Positions 57,110-64,000 of a stretch of DNA of 64,000 nucleotides are shown here, one piece after another (position 1 is the stretch's first letter; the number at the start of each line of letters is the position of its first letter). This DNA comes from Sphagnum compactum (Eukaryota). The position numbers and the translations under genes were made by a program. The stretch spans positions 21,442,213 through 21,506,212 of the forward strand of contig OZ234493.1 of assembly GCA_965153455.1 (NCBI GenBank). The letters run 5' to 3'. The notes under the pieces are model-generated. The model worked only from the letters and a program-made list of their open reading frames with translations, had not been told where the DNA came from and did not search any database.

Positions 57110-59160
57110 TTTTTGTATTTTGGGTGCACCAATGGGATTCACATCATTTGTTGAGACGTTTGTGGCTAAGGTTTTCCATGAGGATCTTGGGAGATATTAA
57201 GTCTCTTTATGTTTGCAAATCCTTGGGCGACTTTTGCGATGCTTTTGTTGTGCTACGCCCAGTGCCTGAGCTACTTGCTTCGTACAATGTTCCCATCTCT
57301 AGGTATTTTGCAGCATTGTGTTGAGTTCGATATTCCTACCATAGCTATGTTGGAGAAGTTACTTGGTGCAAGATTTTTTGTGGTTCTATCAGTCACCTAG
57401 CTCGTTGTCAGGCCACTTTTTTATTTCTTCAAGGGGGTTTGGCCTCCCTTCTATGGTTCAAATTGTTGCCCCCACATTCTTGGGGTGTTGGGCACTAATC
57501 ATTCCTACACTTGTCACTCATTTTTAATAGGATGGTTGCCCTATTCTTTTAAATGCAATAGCACGTTGAGACTCACGATGAAAGTATGATTACCAAAGAA
57601 CATCACACCATAATTTTTCAAGACCCATCAAACTTTGGAAAAATATAGGATACACATAAAGAAAGGTTTTTAGTCAAGTATTTTGTTGAATACATTAATT
57701 AGGTTGTATAAATTTTGAAACTTCAACAATGCAAAAAATATTTTGAATTTTATTATTCCTATTCTTTACATTTACACAAAGTTTCAGAAAAGTAATAGTG
57801 ATTATGTTCTTTAAACTTTTTGGTTAGGAACATTTTTCAAACAAGGTTTGTGGTTCTTTATTATGGATATAAATTTTTAAGGTACTTTAAATGGTATTCT
57901 ATTTGATATTTTTATGGGGTAATTATTTGAGTAGGCGTAATTTAGTTATGAATTTTCAAATTTTAAAAATTTGATTCTTGAAAGAGCCACATCAATAAGG
58001 AATACAAATTTGTAACCATTTCCACCTTTTTTCATTATAATGGAAACTTCAAGCCATATACTTTGGCATGCAATAAATAAACATGAGAAAAAAATGAGAA
58101 TTGTGAAAACATTTAAAGAAAAGGGCCCAAGAATATTATTTGGCCAATTTTTGTTCTTTGATTGTCCTTTGAGGGCGTTTCTAGTGGGTCCACCCAATCA
58201 TACTTTCACCCTGGTAGATGGCACTAAGAGATGTCCAAGCCATGTTACCCCAAGGTGTTCGCTCTCAACCTAGTGGTTCAATCTTACCCCTAGTTGGAAG
58301 TTTTTTTGGCGGGTTGTTTACATGAGCATGAGTTTGCTTCCCTTTTAATTGACATTCCTTCAAATAACGCGTGAGCACGTCTTCACTCATGTGTGGGTCC
58401 AAAGGTAGGCGCTTGGTTATTAGCTCGTCCTACCACACCAACATTTTGTTTATCATAGGCCGACTTTTTTACAACATTATGTTACCGTTTTGGCTCGCCA
58501 CATCCTATGGTTGCCCACCTTTCACAATGTTAATGTGGTCATACCATTGACAATTTAGGTACCAATTTGCTTCGATGCCCCTGTGGAAATGAATGTATAA
58601 TAGCTCATGACACACTTCGAAATATTGTTGCATTTGTTGTTTTAGAGAGCGAAACACATGTTTAAAGGGAGGTCTCCCACCTTTTCCTTCGCCACACCCG
58701 ACAACGAATGGATATTCTTATTATTAGAGACAGTTTTCATACTTTGACGAACCTTGTCATTGTTGACCCAACTCACACAAATATGGTACAGTAAACATTA
58801 ACGATGATAACACATGCAACAATGATGGCTGCTCAAGAAAAGACATGATCCTACATGGAATGAAAATTGGGCGATGATTTCATTCCTCTTGCTATTGAAA
58901 CATATGGGTGTTTCATTTTTATTTTGATTCATTCTTGATCACTTGTGCATAAACCATTATTGCATGTCATTAATGGTCTTTTTTAGTCCCCTCGATGCTC
59001 ATTTCCCACTAGCGACAGCATGTGTCCATAGCTCTACAACGTGCGCAAGCCATAGCGATTCTTCAACGGGGGTTGCACTTGGTCAGGGTTCTTCATTTCT
59101 TCCACACATCATATTTAGTGCACTTCTATCACTAGCCAATTTGTGGCAGATGATTATTTT
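57110..59160 (+). mobile_element. Degenerate non-LTR retrotransposon with restriction-like endonuclease (CRE-like), interrupted by an AT-rich insert at ~57570-58200
   Basis: The post-RT region reads ILGAPMG...AMLLLCYAQCLSYLLRT...GFGLPS...FLGCWALI. It is followed by VGAWLLARPTTPTFCLS, a Zn-knuckle C*CGHTIDNLGTNLLRCPCG, and the endonuclease AHDTLRN...RMDIL...LVIVDP...AAQEK..Y...FIPLAIETYG, with many stops. Confidence 0.8.
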
Positions 59161-62100
59161 CTTGTCTTAGGTCTTTTTGTTATCGTTAATCGTCATTTTG
59201 TAACCTTGGGTCCTATTTGCATATGATTTTTTTTCCTTATTTTTTGTTGATTGTTTGCTTTTGTTTTTTCTTTGGGTTGTGTTTACTTGTGCTCTCATTT
59301 GCCTTGTACTTTTGATAAATGGGTTCTTGTCTTTGAATTTTAAATACAAGGTTTTTCTTTTTTTTCATAGCGATGCAAATGTCACTTTGACAAATTAGGC
59401 ACAACCTACCTTGTTTTCCATTCCATCACCCATGATCCTCAACCTTATTATGTTTGTGGTTGAGCATAATGTATCTTGAAAGGGAAAGGAGAAGGTTTGT
59501 GAGGAAATTGTTGCATGCCTTTTTGGAGATCTTAAAAAAACTATCATTATTGAACTAAATAAGATATTTTCTTAGTTTATTGGAACTTTAATTATTTTGG
59601 TTGAATGTGTGATTTTTTTTCTTTTGGTTCGAAGATTGTGCTAGTCCTCCCTTAGCCTTTCACCAAGAAAAACTTGGGTTGATGAAGTTCGATTGCATAA
59701 AAATGCCTTCAAACAAAAATATAAAAATAAAAAATGTTGCTTTGTATATGATTAATTTTTTTATTATTATGCACAATTATCAAATAAAGAAAACATAGAT
59801 TGACAATTATTCACAATCAATAATCACAAAACCTCCCATGTTTAAGCATTTGTCATCACAATGTTACATTGTTCAATATCTAATAGCTAGTCAAACTTAA
59901 ATATTGAACAAAGTTTAGCAAGTTAAACATCCAACGTTTTGAAATTTGTCGCTAGCAATTTGTTAACATACATAAATTATGATAGACACAAATTAAAAAA
60001 AAAATTCTCTATTTACCCAATTGGATCCACTTGCCACAAAAGTAAAATAACCCACTTTGGCCTACAAACACTCACAATTTGTACCTACCCAACCTCCCTC
60101 ACAAATTTGAAAAAATAACATTGGTCATGGCAAGCATCCTCAGGCATATTTTGCCTTAATTGTCAATAAACACTTTGTGTAAAAGACCATTAAAACAAAA
60201 GTAGCAGACATAATTGTGGCAACACGGTTTGAAAAAGAAAGGAAATTGGAGAGCATGTTGCCACAATTATATAGTTGTGTAACCTTTTCAAAAAAAATTA
60301 AAAGACTTGTACATACTACAACCTTGTAACAGAAAACTCAAAGAGGTTAAAAAATCAACAATTGTTCCTTATTGCACACAAAAGTATTATTTGCTACCTT
60401 TTTCTTTTACTGCCCAATTGCCTAAACAACATGTGTTTGGTGATGAATAGACACGTCTTCTGTGTCATATCATACGTGCTTTGTGTGTGTAATTAACACT
60501 AGGAGGCGATATATATATTTGCTTCTAGTGTCTACTACATGCTGATAATGCCTCCTAGTCTATATTGCACACCCAAAGTATGCATAATAGGACCCAAAAT
60601 TAGTGACCTCATTCTTTCCCAACAATTGGGGGCTAGGTTTGTATGTCTTTTTTTTGTTTTCCTTCCTAAGGATTTGAAGGAGAAGGTGGGGAGGTTGAAT
60701 TTATTGTTCTTTTGTGCAAATGGTGTAGGATTTTGGGCATCTTTCAAACAAATTGTAGGTGTTGGTTACAAATAGTTTGATGGGACTTTGTCACAACATG
60801 GTTTCTTTGATTGTTCTTTTGTTTCTTTCAAAAGTGTGGGAGAAGATTGTATCTTGTGCAAAAGGTTTTTAGTTTTGGGGGGTGGGGGTTAGAAAGGTGA
60901 GGTGTGCTGAGCAATGTGTTACGGTTATGGCTGCACCTTTAGGATGCCAACAATTCGCTACTAAGCCAATTGTTATTTTTCCTTCAGTAGCTACTCATTT
61001 ACCAAAGAGATTAAAAGTGACTCTCGACCTGTAGCATATTACAAAGTTGGAATTCACTAACTTGTTTGCTTCACTTAGGATCAATAAAAATGTTCTTTGT
61101 AGTTTCTGATAATATGTTTTTTGCCTCCAATCAAGGATTGACTTTCATGGAACAGGAGATGATTACAAGTGTGGAGTGACTTTCTGTTGGCTGAATTCTT
61201 TGCATCCACATATGACTTAAGATGATCAAAAAATTTATCCTGAAAAAAAACAAGAATCGAACTCTAATCATATACATTGTTGGTGGGCACATGACCACAA
61301 AGTACTCAACTTTCTTAACCTAATTTGTCAATGTGAAATTAATATGTACATGTTCAAAAGTTGTTCAGATCACATTGTCACAAAAAAAACATTTAGTGAT
61401 GTCAAGTTTGTTCCAGCCAGGAGAAGAATGAATGATGAAATGTCCACAATTATTAGTGTTTCCTTTCACTCTCTTTTGCAATTAATTTTGAAGAATGAGT
61501 CAACATTAGGTATGTTGAAACACCAAGTGACTATTTGTGCTGAATTGAGATTTCCTGATGGCTTATTTACTCCACAAGAACCATGCTCAAAAATCACCAT
61601 GATGTTAGTGTTATAAGTTCATTGATTGATCATTATCAATTAAGGTTCAAGATGTTTAATCAAGGAGGGTCTTTGAATAGACTAATATGGAGTTGGAATT
61701 GCATGACCATTTTGTGTGCACATGACTTTTTGAAGACGAGTGAAAGCACACTAGGGTGGTTAAGTTTCGGCAAATGAAGTCCCTTTTCAAAATCCTTTTC
61801 TAGTGTAGGTGAAAATTGGTTTAAAATATGAATATTTAAATTATATTGAAAATAAATTTTTTTCCCATTTCGAATTTCAAGTTATGATGTTATAAAACAT
61901 ATAAAAAATATCACAAAAGAATTTTTTAAATTATTATTTTTAAATTTCTTTAAAAAACTTTTAAAATAATTACAATTTTTGGGATGTTGAAAAGTTCATA
62001 ACATAATAAATTAAAATCACATTCCATTCATTCAATGGATCTTTAGTTTCTTAAACATAATTCATCTAATATCTCAAAGTTTCAAACACATAAGATTAAC

Positions 62101-63044
62101 ACATTATAAGATAAAAGTCCATGTCCATGGGTTTTGTAGGGAGTGACAAAATTTGTCACCAAGATTCAAAAGTCCATTACTCATTAAACACTTAGGATTT
62201 TGATGTGTTGTTTGCATTTAAAAATCCAACTCTATTAACATTACATATATGAGTCCTTTTTTTGATATTTTAATGAAAATATTAATGTTTTATATTTAAG
62301 TTTCAAAGAGATGCAAGAAAAATTGTAAGTGTGACATTTAAAAATGGAATGCATAGTGTGCTTTCATCTAGACGTTATCACAAATCCAAATTTTGGACTT
62401 ACCCACAAATTGTCAATAATATATGAATATGATATTTGTAGTTGTTATCAATTTGGACTTAGAGCATTTCCACCCACATTTTCTCTTTGAGCCTTTATTA
62501 GTGTTACCACATCTAACATATAATGTTAATTATTCCCCTATCCCCACCCATCTATCTATGAAAGTAGTTCATTAGTTTTGTTTAGTATATCATGTTGAGA
62601 TCACCTCACCCAAATCATGGGGCTTCTTGTGCCTCTTGGTACCATTGGAAAGCCCTCCATGAATAGGGGTGCATAGATTTGGTTTCATAATGTTTGGACT
62701 TATAGTGGAGAAGTTATGGAATATTGAACGCATTTTGCACTAAAAATTCATTCAAATCAAAACTAAAAATTTTAATAGAATTTGGGCACCCTCTTGGTAA
62801 TGTTGAAAAGACCTCAGTGAGTAGGATTTAATGACAATGATTTGGAAATTTTTAGACTTAAGGTGAGTGAGAGATATTGAATTTTGAGAAGTTTTTGTCA
62901 TTGAAAATTTAATTAAATCCAACAAATGGTTTTGGAAGGAAACATTAGTTGGGCAATGAATTCACACTTTCGCCAAGTGCACCAAGTTATATTATGTTTT
63001 TATGAAGGAATGTAGTTAGTTAGTTTAAGGAATAAGAAGACCTA

Positions 63045-63049
63045 TATAG

Positions 63050-63076
<27 letters not shown>
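63045..63076. repeat. (TA)n microsatellite
   Basis: Read directly from the sequence. Confidence 0.9.
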
Positions 63077-63080
<4 letters not shown>

Positions 63081-63329
63081 AACAAGGATGGAAAAACATC
63101 CAAAAAAAGTGGACAATATGAAGTGAAAATACTATTTTAATGTTAGCACCGAGGCCAGTCGAAAACATTTGTTTGCTTTTACTAACCCTTTTGGAGGGCA
63201 CTATGTTACAGGCATAATTGTGGGCGTAAATTTTTAGTGGGCATGTTATTTTTGCTATTGTTGGTAGAGATGCTTTAGAGAATGCATATAGTTTGTTCAA
63301 AGTTTTCATTTTGATTGGGGTTTAGCATC

Positions 63330-63980
63330 CATGTTCAAATGGAATTGACAACCCAATTCTAATTTTAGTTATATTTTCAAAACAAATCCGAAAAATCAGA
63401 CCCAATCAGACCCAATTCTAGTTTGGTTTCTACAAGCCAAATTAAAAATTAACAATTAGTAACCCACTAAATTCGGTATTTGGTCAACACTACCAGGTTC
63501 CTTTAAGTCACATTATTAACTAAAGATTTTATTTTACCTTTCTACTTTTAAAGGTAAATTTCCTTTTTTAGCACCTCATTTTTTTTACACAAATGCTTAT
63601 TCACTTTAAATCTATGATAATTATTGCCACATACAAACAAGCACAAGAGGGGATTTCTTTTCCTGCCCATGATATTAGCTTACATTTCACCCATGGACAT
63701 TGCCACGTTTCATCTGCTTTCCACACCTACTTCTTTTTGTCATCAATGTTTATCATATTTTCATTTATGTTAATGAAATGCTAAAGAAAAACGAAAGGAA
63801 CACTCAACCTTTACACATTTAACACACTTCAATTGGGATGTGCATGAAATAAAAGCACCTTTGACTCAACCTTAAGTGGGCCTTTATTGTAGGAATGCCC
63901 CAATCCTTGAACATTACCTTACACTTTGATTTTGGGTTATTGTCCATGGTGGGTGCATTCCCAAAGTGATCTAAGTGTAG
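63330..63980 (+). repeat. Diverged ~650-bp direct repeat, copy 2 (copy 1 at ~55160-55830)
   Basis: Same collinear blocks as copy 1. Confidence 0.85.
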
Positions 63981-64000
63981 ATGAAAGATTGTGTTACAAT

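Noticed and set aside
60500-61780. Possible decayed retroelement ORF on the minus strand
   Set aside because: No diagnostic motif could be read with confidence.

Overview
AT-rich, intron-containing land-plant genomic DNA. The gene style and dispersed repeats suggest a moss such as Sphagnum, which is an inference. Four apparently intact genes are present. (1) An uncharacterised plant protein (+, from ~7000) whose N-terminus is built from three tandemly duplicated Cys-Pro-x-Lys micro-exons. (2) A single-exon F-box/Kelch gene of the KFB/KMD/SKIP20 group (-, 10450-11613). (3) ATG10 (+, 27336-29848, 6 exons). (4) The SnRK1-activating kinase GRIK/SnAK (+, 42242-48214, 11 coding exons). Two intron-retaining pseudogenes are invisible in the ORF track: ARF1 (1439-2226) and a 5'-truncated MutY/MYH (-, 24989-26913) lying head-to-head with ATG10. 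The rest is transposon-derived: a Helitron, two MITEs, a 4.84-kb non-autonomous Mutator with TIRs and a 9-bp TSD, a decayed MULE-type transposase, a decayed REL-endonuclease (CRE-like) LINE, and several tandem arrays. The strongest candidate for a hidden system is a 67-codon non-AUG (ACG-initiated) upstream ORF ending ...GGGIQTWRT...ELGEFLFILDIFLIRWPSP. It sits in a completely AUG-free leader of the KFB gene and may be a metabolite-responsive ribosome-stalling peptide. All exon structures and translations were read by eye and no database searches were run.
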